Made by a program: the position numbers and the translations under genes. The notes under the pieces are model-generated. The model worked only from the letters and a program-made list of their open reading frames with translations, was not told where the DNA came from and did not search any database. Below are positions 55,212 to 64,000 of a DNA stretch of 64,000 nucleotides, in pieces; the stretch's first letter is position 1, and the number at the start of each line of letters is the position of its first letter. This DNA comes from Nitrospiraceae bacterium (GTDB lineage Bacteria > Nitrospirota > Nitrospiria > Nitrospirales > Nitrospiraceae), in NCBI GenBank assembly GCA_037442105.1, contig JBBIQV010000004.1, positions 1 through 64,000 on the forward strand. Reading direction: 5' to 3'.

Positions 55212-56384
55212 ATGCGGTACTTCAGTGTCATACTGGCAGCGGTTGGGGTACTTGCCTTTGCGACCACCGCAGGGGCGCAGTCGTTTCAGGACAAGGCGCA
55301 GGTGACGATCGGGGGGGCGGAGTCCGTGATCACCGGGTTTGTTACCAAGGTTGAGCCGGATGCCTACTGGGTGAGGAAGACCTCGGGTGATGAGATAAAG
55401 CTGGCAGTCACGGACGCAACCCATATGGTCTGTAAGACTCTTCCCGGAGCCAAGAAGGAGGGGAAAGTCGAGACTAAGCCGGGCACCGGCTTTCGGATTG
55501 GGGATTGTCCGTTTCACGTGGGAGAACCGGTGAAGGCTGAGATCTCGGATCTCGGATCGGTAACCTTCATGCGGTACCTTGAGGGGACGCCGACTTTAAA
55601 GACTGCGGAACTTGGACTGCCCCGAGAGTGGGAAGGGGGAGCCCTGGCCGTTCCCCAGGGGGCGCTCACTCTCAGCGAAGGCCCACAGGTTCCCGTGCGA
55701 ACGACAGAGGGAAAAGCGTTTGGAGTTCTTGTGGCGAGTGTTCTGGATACCGACCTGGGAACTGCTTACGGCATTGTCGTCCGCAACGAAGACCAACATT
55801 ATTTCCCCGTTCCTTGGGGCAAGATGAAGATGACCACTGCGGATGGCAAGCGTGTGGCCGTGATACAGGGCACCTCCGAGGAGATCGCGCTCATGTTCCC
55901 ACCTCTCTATGAGAGCATGAACCGCATCTCGATGCCGGCCCTTCGGGAGTACTGGGAGAAAGAAGCCCGGCCCGAACCCACTCGGAAAAGAGAGGTTGAT
56001 GTAGAAGTGGTGATGAAGGATAAGTCATTTCAGGTCATATCAGGACAGAGCGAGAGGGGGTTCTTGCTCGTGGCCGGCATGGAAGCCGACATTCGTCTTC
56101 GGAACGAAGACCTTGTGGCTCATGAGTTCGTATCCCCGCTGCTCTACAACGTGCCGTTCCGAATATCGGGCACGGCTACGCTTGTGAAGCTGTCGAAAGC
56201 CACCGGCGTTCGCATAGACCCCGGACAGACCGTCATATTGTCCTTCCAGGTCCCGGCAGACCTGAAGGAGTTTGACACTCTCTATGATGTTTTCTGGTGC
56301 AATGTCCATGGAAAGCAGCACGGAGACAAAATGCGTGGAGAGATCGTGATCGCCGAGACCAGGGGCGAGATTGGAGGAGGCTGA
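55212..56384 (+). CDS. Secreted multidomain protein: beta/OB-like + PRC-barrel-like + C-terminal cupredoxin
   Basis: Signal peptide ending AGA; AYGIVV..PVPW is PRC-like; RNEDLVAHEF...FWCNVHGKQHGDKMRG. Confidence 0.75.
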   Translation: MRYFSVILAAVGVLAFATTAGAQSFQDKAQVTIGGAESVITGFVTKVEPDAYWVRKTSGDEIKLAVTDATHMVCKTLPGAKKEGKVETKPGTGFRIGDCPFHVGEPVKAEISDLGSVTFMRYLEGTPTLKTAELGLPREWEGGALAVPQGALTLSEGPQVPVRTTEGKAFGVLVASVLDTDLGTAYGIVVRNEDQHYFPVPWGKMKMTTADGKRVAVIQGTSEEIALMFPPLYESMNRISMPALREYWEKEARPEPTRKREVDVEVVMKDKSFQVISGQSERGFLLVAGMEADIRLRNEDLVAHEFVSPLLYNVPFRISGTATLVKLSKATGVRIDPGQTVILSFQVPADLKEFDTLYDVFWCNVHGKQHGDKMRGEIVIAETRGEIGGG

Positions 56385-56430
56385 AACTGAGCATCTCCGG
56401 GTCGCCCGATGAGTCTCTCGGGTGACCAGG

Positions 56431-56478
56431 AGAGAATGGGCTTCGGCTGGGCGGACCGGCTGAAGCCCATTCTCTTTT
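56431..56478 (+). terminator. Intrinsic terminator-like hairpin
   Basis: AGAGAATGGGCTTCGGCTGG-loop-CCGGCTGAAGCCCATTCTCT followed by TTT. Confidence 0.65.
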
Positions 56479-56552
56479 GATTCGATGGTCGTGTTTCCCC
56501 AACTGTATGGGCTTGCGTGACAGACCGGCATCGAAGGGAAGAAAGGGACCGT

Positions 56553-57092
56553 ATGATGGAGAGGGGGGTTCCCCATCCATTTCATGCCTGTGTCATTTCC
56601 GTGGCCCTTGCGGTTGTGTTGCTCGGCTCGGCCGGCCCTTCCGAGCTGACTCAGGTTGCTCCCCCCGACCCCACTCAGGCTGCCGAGTTTGAGTATGAAC
56701 CCGACGTGATCCTCGTCATGAAGGATCAGACTTTCCACGTCGTCAAGGGGGCAGCTATGAAGGGAGAGCCGCAGCGCCCGAGCTTCTCACTGGTCGCCGG
56801 GGGGGACGCCGTCATCCTGCTCCGCAACGAAGACCGTGTCGCACATGAGTTCGTTTCCCCTTTGTTCCATCGGGTCGAATTCCAGTTCTCCGGCAAAGCG
56901 ACCATAGTCTATACCCATACGGCTACCGGGGTGCGCATTGATCCAGGGGAGAGCGTGATTCTCCGCTTTGAACTCCCGGAGCGTTCGTCTGAGTTGTTCT
57001 CTTTCTGGTGTAACGTCCATGGGAAACTCCATGGCGATCCCATGCGAGGTGAGATCTTTGTTCTGGAGCCCACCAAAGAGATCTCTCACTGA
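56553..57092 (+). CDS. Exported cupredoxin-like protein
   Basis: Hydrophobic N-terminus; RNEDRVAHEF...FWCNVHGKLHGDPMRG. Confidence 0.8.
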   Translation: MMERGVPHPFHACVISVALAVVLLGSAGPSELTQVAPPDPTQAAEFEYEPDVILVMKDQTFHVVKGAAMKGEPQRPSFSLVAGGDAVILLRNEDRVAHEFVSPLFHRVEFQFSGKATIVYTHTATGVRIDPGESVILRFELPERSSELFSFWCNVHGKLHGDPMRGEIFVLEPTKEISH

Positions 57093-57108
57093 CTCGGCAG
57101 AGAGCCCC

Positions 57109-57648
57109 ATGACGCTCTGGGCCAAACTGGCCCTCTCGTTTGCGGTCGTCATATTAGGGGGGGCGTTGGGGACGTTTCTCGTCCTTCATCACGCCAAAGC
57201 CACGGAGAGTGACAGTGTCCCCCATGTACACGACGGCGCCCATCCTTTATCAAAAACGCCGGCCGTCGAGGTCGAAATCATCATCCGGGATGGGCGGTAC
57301 CAGGTTCTCAAGGGAGAACAGCCGTACGCCTCCGGCGTATCGCTTGTCGCCGGTGCGGACACGGTTCTCATTCTGCGGAATGGGGATACTACCCCTCATG
57401 AGTTCATTTCTCCCCTCTTCATACGGACCGACATCCATTTCGCGGGACGGGCGACCGGGATCTTCAGGAAGGAAGCGGCCGGGTTTCGCCTAAATCCCGG
57501 GGACATCCTGACCTTGCGGTTCACGGCGCCTTTCTCCGACTTCCGGACCATGTACGATCTCATCTGGTGTAGTCAGCATGGGGAGCAACGTCCAGAGGGG
57601 AAGGAACTGCTGATTCTGGTAACCAAGGAGACGCAGCCCCGCTCGTAG
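57109..57648 (+). CDS. Membrane-anchored cupredoxin-like protein with His-rich linker
   Basis: TM, HH..HVHDGAH linker, RNGDTTPHEF...IWCSQH. Confidence 0.75.
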   Translation: MTLWAKLALSFAVVILGGALGTFLVLHHAKATESDSVPHVHDGAHPLSKTPAVEVEIIIRDGRYQVLKGEQPYASGVSLVAGADTVLILRNGDTTPHEFISPLFIRTDIHFAGRATGIFRKEAAGFRLNPGDILTLRFTAPFSDFRTMYDLIWCSQHGEQRPEGKELLILVTKETQPRS

Positions 57649-57679
57649 CGGGGCTGCGTGGCCTGCAAGGAGGATTGCC

Positions 57680-58264
57680 ATGCGCACGACGAGGAAGGAA
57701 TTTCTTATCTTCGTTGGTTTCTGCGCGCTCACGCTGGGGGGCGTGGCACGGGATCTCGCGTATTCCGGGGAGCAGGCCGGGATTCCTCCTGAGGTGGTGG
57801 CCGAATACATCCATGCAGTCGTTCAGTCGGATCGAACCCTGTATGCAACCCACGTGGTGGAGCGGATGCAGGACCTCGGCATCGTTGGAGCTACAGAACA
57901 GTGGAAGAAACGGGGGGCCTTGCCGCTACCGGCGCAAATGATCCTCATGGCGGGACGCGATATTGAAGGACAGGGCATGGGTCTGCGCATCCGGCTGATC
58001 AGTCTGTGGCCGATTAACAAGGAGAACGGCCCAGCCGATGGTTTTGAGCAGGCCGGGTTAGAGGCGGTGGCAAAGGAACCTGGTAAGCCTTATACCGGCA
58101 TCATTACCCAGGGGGACAAGCGCTTCTTCAAAGCCATTTACGCGGATCGGGCCGTCACGAGAGCTTGTGTTGAGTGTCACAATGGCCACGTCTTCAGCCC
58201 AAAGCGGGATTACAAGCTCTATGAGGTTATGGGTGGGATCGCCATCTCATTCCCCTCACCATGA
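57680..58264 (+). CDS. DUF3365 (Tll0287-like) c-type haem protein
   Basis: LPLPAQ, RLISLWPIN..NGP...FE, CVECH, MGGIAI. Confidence 0.85.
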   Translation: MRTTRKEFLIFVGFCALTLGGVARDLAYSGEQAGIPPEVVAEYIHAVVQSDRTLYATHVVERMQDLGIVGATEQWKKRGALPLPAQMILMAGRDIEGQGMGLRIRLISLWPINKENGPADGFEQAGLEAVAKEPGKPYTGIITQGDKRFFKAIYADRAVTRACVECHNGHVFSPKRDYKLYEVMGGIAISFPSP

Positions 58265-58366
58265 GCGGGCGTCGCGGAACGCGATCCGAGTAGAGGCGTG
58301 CAGGCACTCATGCAGTGATTTTGTCGCTCGCTGAGCCGACATAGACCTGAGAAAGGAGAGGGCATC

Positions 58367-58975
58367 ATGTTCAGAAAAGTCTTCATATGGGGAGCGGTGG
58401 CATCCTGCATCACAGTGCTGGGATACATAGGGATTTCATTAGGGGCAAAGGACTCCAATACTCAGGCTTGTGCTCAGACTGGGATTCCCGCGGAAAAAGT
58501 GGCCGACTACCTGCATGCCGTGATCCAGGCTGATCGGACCTTCTATACGACCGATGTCGTGGAGAGGATGCAGGTGAAGGGTGTTGTGGTCGCTTCGGAA
58601 AATTGGCGGGAAGCCAAAACATTGCCGCTTCCAGCCCAATTTTTGAATGAGTCATCCCGGGTGGCTGGCACGACACAAGCCGGGCTTGCCTATCGGCTTA
58701 TCAGCCTCTGGCCGATCAACAAACGCAATGGGCCGAAGACCGAGTTCGAGCAAAAAGGGCTCTGGGAAACCCTGCAGAATCCTGATCGTCCCTATACCGA
58801 AGTGGTCATGATCGGGCGGGATCCCTACTTGCAGGCAATCTATGCCGACAGAGCCGTTGCTCAGGCCTGCATCGGGTGTCACAACGCCCACCCGGACAGT
58901 CCGAAGCAGAACTTCAAGCAGAATGACGTGATGGGTGGGATTCTGATCACCATTCCGCTTGCCCCTCGCCTCTAG
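58367..58975 (+). CDS. DUF3365 (Tll0287-like) c-type haem protein, paralog
   Basis: LPLPAQ, YRLISLWPINKRNGP, CIGCH, DVMGGILI. Confidence 0.85.
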   Translation: MFRKVFIWGAVASCITVLGYIGISLGAKDSNTQACAQTGIPAEKVADYLHAVIQADRTFYTTDVVERMQVKGVVVASENWREAKTLPLPAQFLNESSRVAGTTQAGLAYRLISLWPINKRNGPKTEFEQKGLWETLQNPDRPYTEVVMIGRDPYLQAIYADRAVAQACIGCHNAHPDSPKQNFKQNDVMGGILITIPLAPRL

Positions 58976-59151
58976 CCCGCATTATTCATGAGCGCTTCTG
59001 CTGCAATCGCGCACTCGCCTGCCTGTGCCGGGCACGGCAGACAGGTGCCCATCTCGCGACGCGACTGCGCCTGCCTGTGCCTGCCCGCAGCCATGCAGGC
59101 GGGCGGACACGCAGACAGGCGATTTCGCGACAAACCGTCATGAACAATGCG
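58972..59151. mobile_element. MITE-like element with nested palindromic repeats
   Basis: Left end CTAGCCCGCATTATTCATGA, degenerate right end TCATGAACAATGCG; internal CGCCTGCCTGTGCC..GCAGACAGG hairpins. Confidence 0.6.
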
Positions 59152-59239
59152 CGTGAACCTTTCATCCAAAGGTGGGCTAGGTTTGCGGGGGGAAGTTCGG
59201 TATAATCCCCCGATTCCGATCCAAGAGAAGGAGTGATAC

Positions 59240-60334
59240 ATGGCTGAAAAGGATGACAAGAAGCGCGCGTTAGACCTTGCCCTGTCCCAAATCGAGAAGC
59301 AATATGGGAAGGGCGCGGTGATGAAACTCGGGACGGCGGAGGCGCCTGCCGATGTACCGGCGATTTCGACCGGTTCTCTAGGGCTCGATATTGCTCTGGG
59401 AGTGGGCGGTTTCCCGCGAGGGCGAGTCGTTGAGATCTTCGGGCCGGAGGCGTCCGGCAAGACAACGCTGACTCTCCATGCGATTGCAGAAGCGCAGAAA
59501 GCGGGAGGCATTGCGGCCTTCATCGATGCCGAGCATGCGTTGGATCTGACCTATGCCGGGAAGCTGGGGGTTCAGACCGACGACTTGCTCGTGTCCCAAC
59601 CGGATACGGGCGAGCAGGCGCTGGAAATTGCCGAAACCCTTGTTCGGAGCGGAGCGATCGATGTGATCGTGGTCGACTCGGTCGCGGCCTTGGTGCCGAG
59701 GGCAGAAATCGAAGGCGAGATGGGCGACGCCCATATGGGGCTGCAAGCGAGGCTTATGTCGCAGGCCCTACGCAAATTGACGGCGGCGATTTCGAAATCA
59801 CAGACGACGGTGATTTTCATCAACCAGATTCGAATGAAGCTAGGGGTCATGTTCGGAAATCCCGAAACGACGACCGGAGGCAACGCGCTCAAGTTTTACT
59901 CGTCGGTGCGGCTTGATATCCGGCGTATCGAATCGATCAAGGAAGGCCAGGAGGTGACAGGGAGCCGCGTACGGGTCAAGGTCGTCAAAAACAAGATGGC
60001 TCCCCCCTTCAAGCAGGCAGAGTTCGATGTAATGTTTGCGGAAGGCATTTCAAAGACCGGCGAGCTGGTCGATTTGGGTGTCGAGAAGAAGGTCTTGGAA
60101 AAGTCCGGTGCCTGGTACTCTTATAAAGGAGAGCGGCTCGGTCAGGGCCGTGACGCGGTCAGGGACTATCTCAAGAATAATGCGGTCGTCGCAAAAGAAA
60201 TTGAAGCGAAGCTACGCGAGTTGGCTGGTGTCCCTGTGCGGGCGGTGGAGAAGCGGGCGGAAACCAAAGAAGAGAAACGCCTTGAGCTGCGTGGTGAGGA
60301 GAAACGGAGTCACGCCGGGCGATCCGGTTCTTGA
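59240..60334 (+). CDS. recA: Recombinase A
   Basis: [35 protein letters not shown]. Confidence 0.99.
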   Translation: MAEKDDKKRALDLALSQIEKQYGKGAVMKLGTAEAPADVPAISTGSLGLDIALGVGGFPRGRVVEIFGPEASGKTTLTLHAIAEAQKAGGIAAFIDAEHALDLTYAGKLGVQTDDLLVSQPDTGEQALEIAETLVRSGAIDVIVVDSVAALVPRAEIEGEMGDAHMGLQARLMSQALRKLTAAISKSQTTVIFINQIRMKLGVMFGNPETTTGGNALKFYSSVRLDIRRIESIKEGQEVTGSRVRVKVVKNKMAPPFKQAEFDVMFAEGISKTGELVDLGVEKKVLEKSGAWYSYKGERLGQGRDAVRDYLKNNAVVAKEIEAKLRELAGVPVRAVEKRAETKEEKRLELRGEEKRSHAGRSGS

Positions 60335-60386
60335 CGGGACGAGGGGCCGCTGGTTTGAAGCTTGAGGCGGCGGATTTCGGACAGGA

Positions 60387-60863
60387 GTGAATCGCGAGCA
60401 GCAAGACGCTCCAAGTGCGGTGTATTTGAAGCTGGCAATCCGGTACCTGGCTCGTCGGGATCGGACAAGAGTGCAGGTTGCCCGGCATCTCCAGTCGAAA
60501 GGAGCAAGCTCGGCGCAGCGACGAGCGGTCGTCACACAACTGGTTCAGCTTGGCTACCTGAACGACGAGGCATTCGCGGCGCGCTGGGCTGATGCGAGGC
60601 TTTCGCGCAAGCCGGTCGGCCGTGCCAGACTCAAAGCGGAACTTGATGCGCAAGGGGTTGCGGAACAAATCGTCGAGCGTGTTCTGGAAACAGCCTATCG
60701 CAGGAGCGGCGAACGAGCATTGGCCGAGCAGGTGGTTCGGCATGAGCAGGCGGTTCGCCCTGCGGTGAACCGCCGTCGTCTAGTCCGCCTGCTGCAGCAG
60801 CGTGGATTTGACGATGAGACGATCCGGGCGACCCTGAAGCTTGAGACAGACGATGGAGTGTAA
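60387..60863 (+). CDS. recX: Regulatory protein RecX
   Basis: AIRYLARRDRT, GYLND..FA, L..RGF; follows recA. Confidence 0.92.
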   Translation: MNREQQDAPSAVYLKLAIRYLARRDRTRVQVARHLQSKGASSAQRRAVVTQLVQLGYLNDEAFAARWADARLSRKPVGRARLKAELDAQGVAEQIVERVLETAYRRSGERALAEQVVRHEQAVRPAVNRRRLVRLLQQRGFDDETIRATLKLETDDGV

Positions 60864-60869
60864 CGGATC

Positions 60870-63500
60870 ATGAGTCATACGGCAGAGGGTCTTCGCAATG
60901 CCTTCATCCGCTACTTCGAGGAGCAAGGGCACCGGGCTGTGCCGAGTGCGCCGCTGATTCCCCAGGCAGATCCCACGCTGCTCTTCACGAACGCCGGCAT
61001 GAACCAGTTCAAGCGGGTGTTCCTCGGTGAGGAGACCCGTCCGTATCGCCGTGCCGTCAGCGTCCAGAAGTGTCTCCGGGCCGGGGGGAAGCATAACGAT
61101 CTGGAGAATGTCGGGTATACGCGACGGCACCATACGTTTTTCGAAATGCTGGGCAACTTTTCGTTCGGCGATTACTTCAAGGAGGACGCCGTCCGGTTCG
61201 GGTGGGAGTTCCTCACCCGGACGGTCGGTCTGGCCAAGGAGCGGATGTGGGTGACGGTGTTCCGGGACGACGATGAAGCCTATCGTCTGTGGGAGCGGAT
61301 CGGGGTGCCGTCTGCGCGGATCATGCGTTGTGGCGAAAAAGACAACTTCTGGCAGATGGCCGACACGGGCCCCTGCGGGCCTTGCTCGGAAATTCATTTC
61401 GATCAGGGTCCCTCTGTCCCCGGCGACGATGTGCCGAACGGTGAGGGTGACCGGGTCATCGAAATCTGGAATCTCGTCTTCATGCAATACAACCGCGATG
61501 CCTCCGGCACGTTGCATCCGTTGCCGAAGCCCAGTATCGACACAGGGATGGGACTCGAACGTCTCGCGGCGGTCGCACAAGGCAAGTCCAGTAACTACGA
61601 CAGCGATCTCTTTACACCGCTGCTCGGCGCGATAGGGACTCGGGCGGGATACGGATATGGCGAGAAGGATGCGGCAGATCGTTCGATGCGGGTGGTGGCG
61701 GATCATCTTCGCGCCATCACGTTCCTGATGGCGGATGGCGTTCTGCCGTCGAACGAAGGGCGCGGCTATGTGTTGCGGCGCATCCTGCGGCGTGCCGCCA
61801 GACACGGGCGCTTGTTAGGCATCGTCGAGCCATTTCTGCACGAGCTGACGGGTGTCGTAGTGAAGCAGATGGGGTCCGCCTATCCTGAGCTCCGCAGCGC
61901 GGCCGGCACGATCGGCGAGGCTACGCGGGGAGAGGAAGAGCGGTTCATTGCCACGCTCGATCAGGGGCTGCCGATACTGAACGAGATGCTGACCAAAGCG
62001 CGCGGGGCCGGACAAACCACGTTGCCGGGCACGGATGTCTTCAAGCTGTACGATACGTATGGATTCCCGCTCGATCTCATTGCCGAGGCCTGCCGCGAAC
62101 AGGGGATGAGGCTGGATGAAGCCGGATTCGATCATGCCATCGAAGAACAGCGGACGCGTGCCAGGAAGACGGCAGGATTTGAAGTGGAAGCTGCGAGACC
62201 GGTGGTGGCTGAGCTGGCCGGGCGAGTGGGCGCCACGAAATTTGTCGGCTACGAGCGGTTGGACGCGGAGAGCATCGTGCAAGCCATCCTCAAAGGCGAG
62301 CGGCTGGTAAAGGAAGCGGTCGAAGGTGACGAGATTGAACTGGTGCTGGATGTTACACCGTTCTATGCGGAGGGCGGTGGGCAGGTCGGTGACCAAGGGG
62401 TGTTGAGCGGTCCGGAAGGACGGGTCGAGATCGAGGAGACCACGCGTCCGGCGCCGACCGTGATTCTGCATAAAGGAACGGTGCGTGCGGGTCGGATTCA
62501 CGAAGGCGAACGTCTTCGGATGAGCGTCAACCCAACGACGCGGCATGACGCGGCGCGCAATCATACGGCAACGCATTTGGTCCATGCCGCGTTACGCGAG
62601 TTGCTGGGTCCTCATGTAAAACAGTACGGCTCGCTGGTGGCGCCCAATCGGCTCCGCTTCGATTTCGCTCATTTCCGGCCCCTGTCGTCGCGAGACATCG
62701 ATGAAATCGAAACCGTCGTGAACGAGCAGGTTCGACGAAACGAATCCGTCCGTACCGAGGTCATGGGTGTACAGGACGCGGTGGCCGGCGGGGCCTTGGC
62801 CTTCTTCGGCGATAAGTACGGCGATCAGGTTCGTGTGGTGAGCATCGAGTCTTTCAGCAAGGAGCTGTGTGGTGGGACGCATTGCCGGCATACCGGCGAG
62901 ATCGGAGTGTTTCGCATCGTGTCCGAGACGGGTGTGGCAGCCGGCGTGCGGCGTATCGAGGCGCAGACCGGAAGCGGCGCGTTGGCCCACATGAAACGGC
63001 TCGATGCGGATATCCGCGAGCTGTCCGAGCTTTTGAAGGTGGGTCCGGCCGAACTGCTTCCTAAGACCCGCAAGCTTGTGACACAGCTCAAAGACAAAGA
63101 ACGGGAGCTCGATGAGTTGAAGCTCCGTATGGCGAGCGGGTCTGCTGTCGAGTCGCAAACCAGGACAGTCCAGGGTGTGAAGGTGCATGCGCAGCGTACC
63201 GATGGCCTGGATGTCGCCGGCATGCGGACGTTGGCGGATCAATTGCGGGATAAGATGAAGAGCGGGGTGATTGCTTTGGGCGCCGCCAACGAGGGCAAAG
63301 TCATGTTGCTGGTGGTTGTGACCAAAGACCTGGTACCTCGACTCAAAGCCGGTGAGCTGATCAAGGACATGGCGGCGGAAGTTGGAGGGACGGGCGGAGG
63401 ACGCCCCGAGATGGCGCAGGCGGGAGGCAAGAACCCTGAGCGACTCGGAGCGGCGCTGGAAAAGGTTTTTGGACTGGTCGAATCGGCGTTGCAGCGGTAA
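60870..63500 (+). CDS. alaS: Alanine--tRNA ligase
   Basis: LLFTNAGMNQFK, HHTFFEMLGNFSFGDYFK, HTATHL, ELCGGTH. Confidence 0.99.
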   Translation: MSHTAEGLRNAFIRYFEEQGHRAVPSAPLIPQADPTLLFTNAGMNQFKRVFLGEETRPYRRAVSVQKCLRAGGKHNDLENVGYTRRHHTFFEMLGNFSFGDYFKEDAVRFGWEFLTRTVGLAKERMWVTVFRDDDEAYRLWERIGVPSARIMRCGEKDNFWQMADTGPCGPCSEIHFDQGPSVPGDDVPNGEGDRVIEIWNLVFMQYNRDASGTLHPLPKPSIDTGMGLERLAAVAQGKSSNYDSDLFTPLLGAIGTRAGYGYGEKDAADRSMRVVADHLRAITFLMADGVLPSNEGRGYVLRRILRRAARHGRLLGIVEPFLHELTGVVVKQMGSAYPELRSAAGTIGEATRGEEERFIATLDQGLPILNEMLTKARGAGQTTLPGTDVFKLYDTYGFPLDLIAEACREQGMRLDEAGFDHAIEEQRTRARKTAGFEVEAARPVVAELAGRVGATKFVGYERLDAESIVQAILKGERLVKEAVEGDEIELVLDVTPFYAEGGGQVGDQGVLSGPEGRVEIEETTRPAPTVILHKGTVRAGRIHEGERLRMSVNPTTRHDAARNHTATHLVHAALRELLGPHVKQYGSLVAPNRLRFDFAHFRPLSSRDIDEIETVVNEQVRRNESVRTEVMGVQDAVAGGALAFFGDKYGDQVRVVSIESFSKELCGGTHCRHTGEIGVFRIVSETGVAAGVRRIEAQTGSGALAHMKRLDADIRELSELLKVGPAELLPKTRKLVTQLKDKERELDELKLRMASGSAVESQTRTVQGVKVHAQRTDGLDVAGMRTLADQLRDKMKSGVIALGAANEGKVMLLVVVTKDLVPRLKAGELIKDMAAEVGGTGGGRPEMAQAGGKNPERLGAALEKVFGLVESALQR

Positions 63501-63504
63501 ACTG

Positions 63505-64000
63505 ATGTCGAAATCACGCATTCTGGCGCTGGATTATGGAACGAAACGCATCGGTGTGGCCGTCAGCGATGAGTTGGGTTGGACGGCTCAGCCGCTTGAA
63601 ACGTACGAGCGGAGGACGATCGAAAAAGACCTGGCCCATATTCGGGAACTGGTGCGGGTCCATGAAGCGGATCGGGTCGTTCTCGGTCTCCCGTTGCGGC
63701 TCAACGGGGCGATAGGGCCTGCGGCGCAGGCGGCCTGTGAGTTCGCCGATCGATTGGAGCGGGCGTTGTCTGTTCCGGTAGTGACGTGGGATGAGCGAAT
63801 GACGACCAAGGCGGCTGAGGAAATGCTCATCGCCGCCGATGTCAGCCGCAAGAAGCGCAAGGGCATCGTCGATCGAGTCGCGGCGGCGATCCTGCTGCGA
63901 AGCTACCTGGAGAATCTCACGAACGCCGGCGTGCCATCCGATGCAGATGCCCCGCGCGACATAACCGACGCATTCTCGATGGCGCCGCATGAGGGTGCCC
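63505..64000 (+). CDS. ruvX: Holliday junction resolvase-like / pre-16S nuclease YqgF (partial, runs off window)
   Basis: Not in ORF track; MSKSRILALDYGTKRIGVAVSD, VLGLP, WDERMTT, D.VAAAILL. Confidence 0.95.
   Translation, partial: MSKSRILALDYGTKRIGVAVSDELGWTAQPLETYERRTIEKDLAHIRELVRVHEADRVVLGLPLRLNGAIGPAAQAACEFADRLERALSVPVVTWDERMTTKAAEEMLIAADVSRKKRKGIVDRVAAAILLRSYLENLTNAGVPSDADAPRDITDAFSMAPHEGA

Noticed and set aside
47912..58971. Composite transposon bounded by the two 20-bp repeats
   Set aside because: These are the inner ends of separate elements, no transposase is present, and the enclosed DNA includes housekeeping genes (cinA, thpR, slyD)

Overview
High-GC bacterial chromosome segment, most likely Nitrospirota (Nitrospira-like). 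The taxonomy is an inference from protein sequence style and gene context, not a database search. Positions 1-32.7 kb are an uninterrupted translation/transcription super-cluster: 3' end of tuf, rpmG, tRNA-Trp, secE-nusG, rplKA, an in-frame rplJ-rplL fusion, rpoBC, rpsLG-fusA, a second tuf, and the S10, spc and alpha clusters. Next come lptCAB-rpoN-hpf-rapZ, a small MerR-like HTH gene with pilMNOPQ-aroC-aroB, a GAF-GAF-ANTAR regulator, YcbK, SlyD, several hypotheticals, a ChdC/HemQ-type Cld-family gene, and cinA-thpR ... recA-recX-alaS-yqgF. A five-gene periplasmic cupredoxin + DUF3365 c-type haem cluster and a MITE-like element sit between thpR and recA. Most notable: (1) the stop-less L10-L12 fusion with an internal ribosome-binding site; (2) three copies of a conserved, covarying ~90-nt hairpin element in ribosomal operon junctions; (3) many 7-nt-periodic inverted-repeat elements in the same operons; (4) the copper/haem cluster; (5) an EF-Tu with a remodelled switch-I loop. 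No CRISPR array, rRNA or intact transposase was seen.
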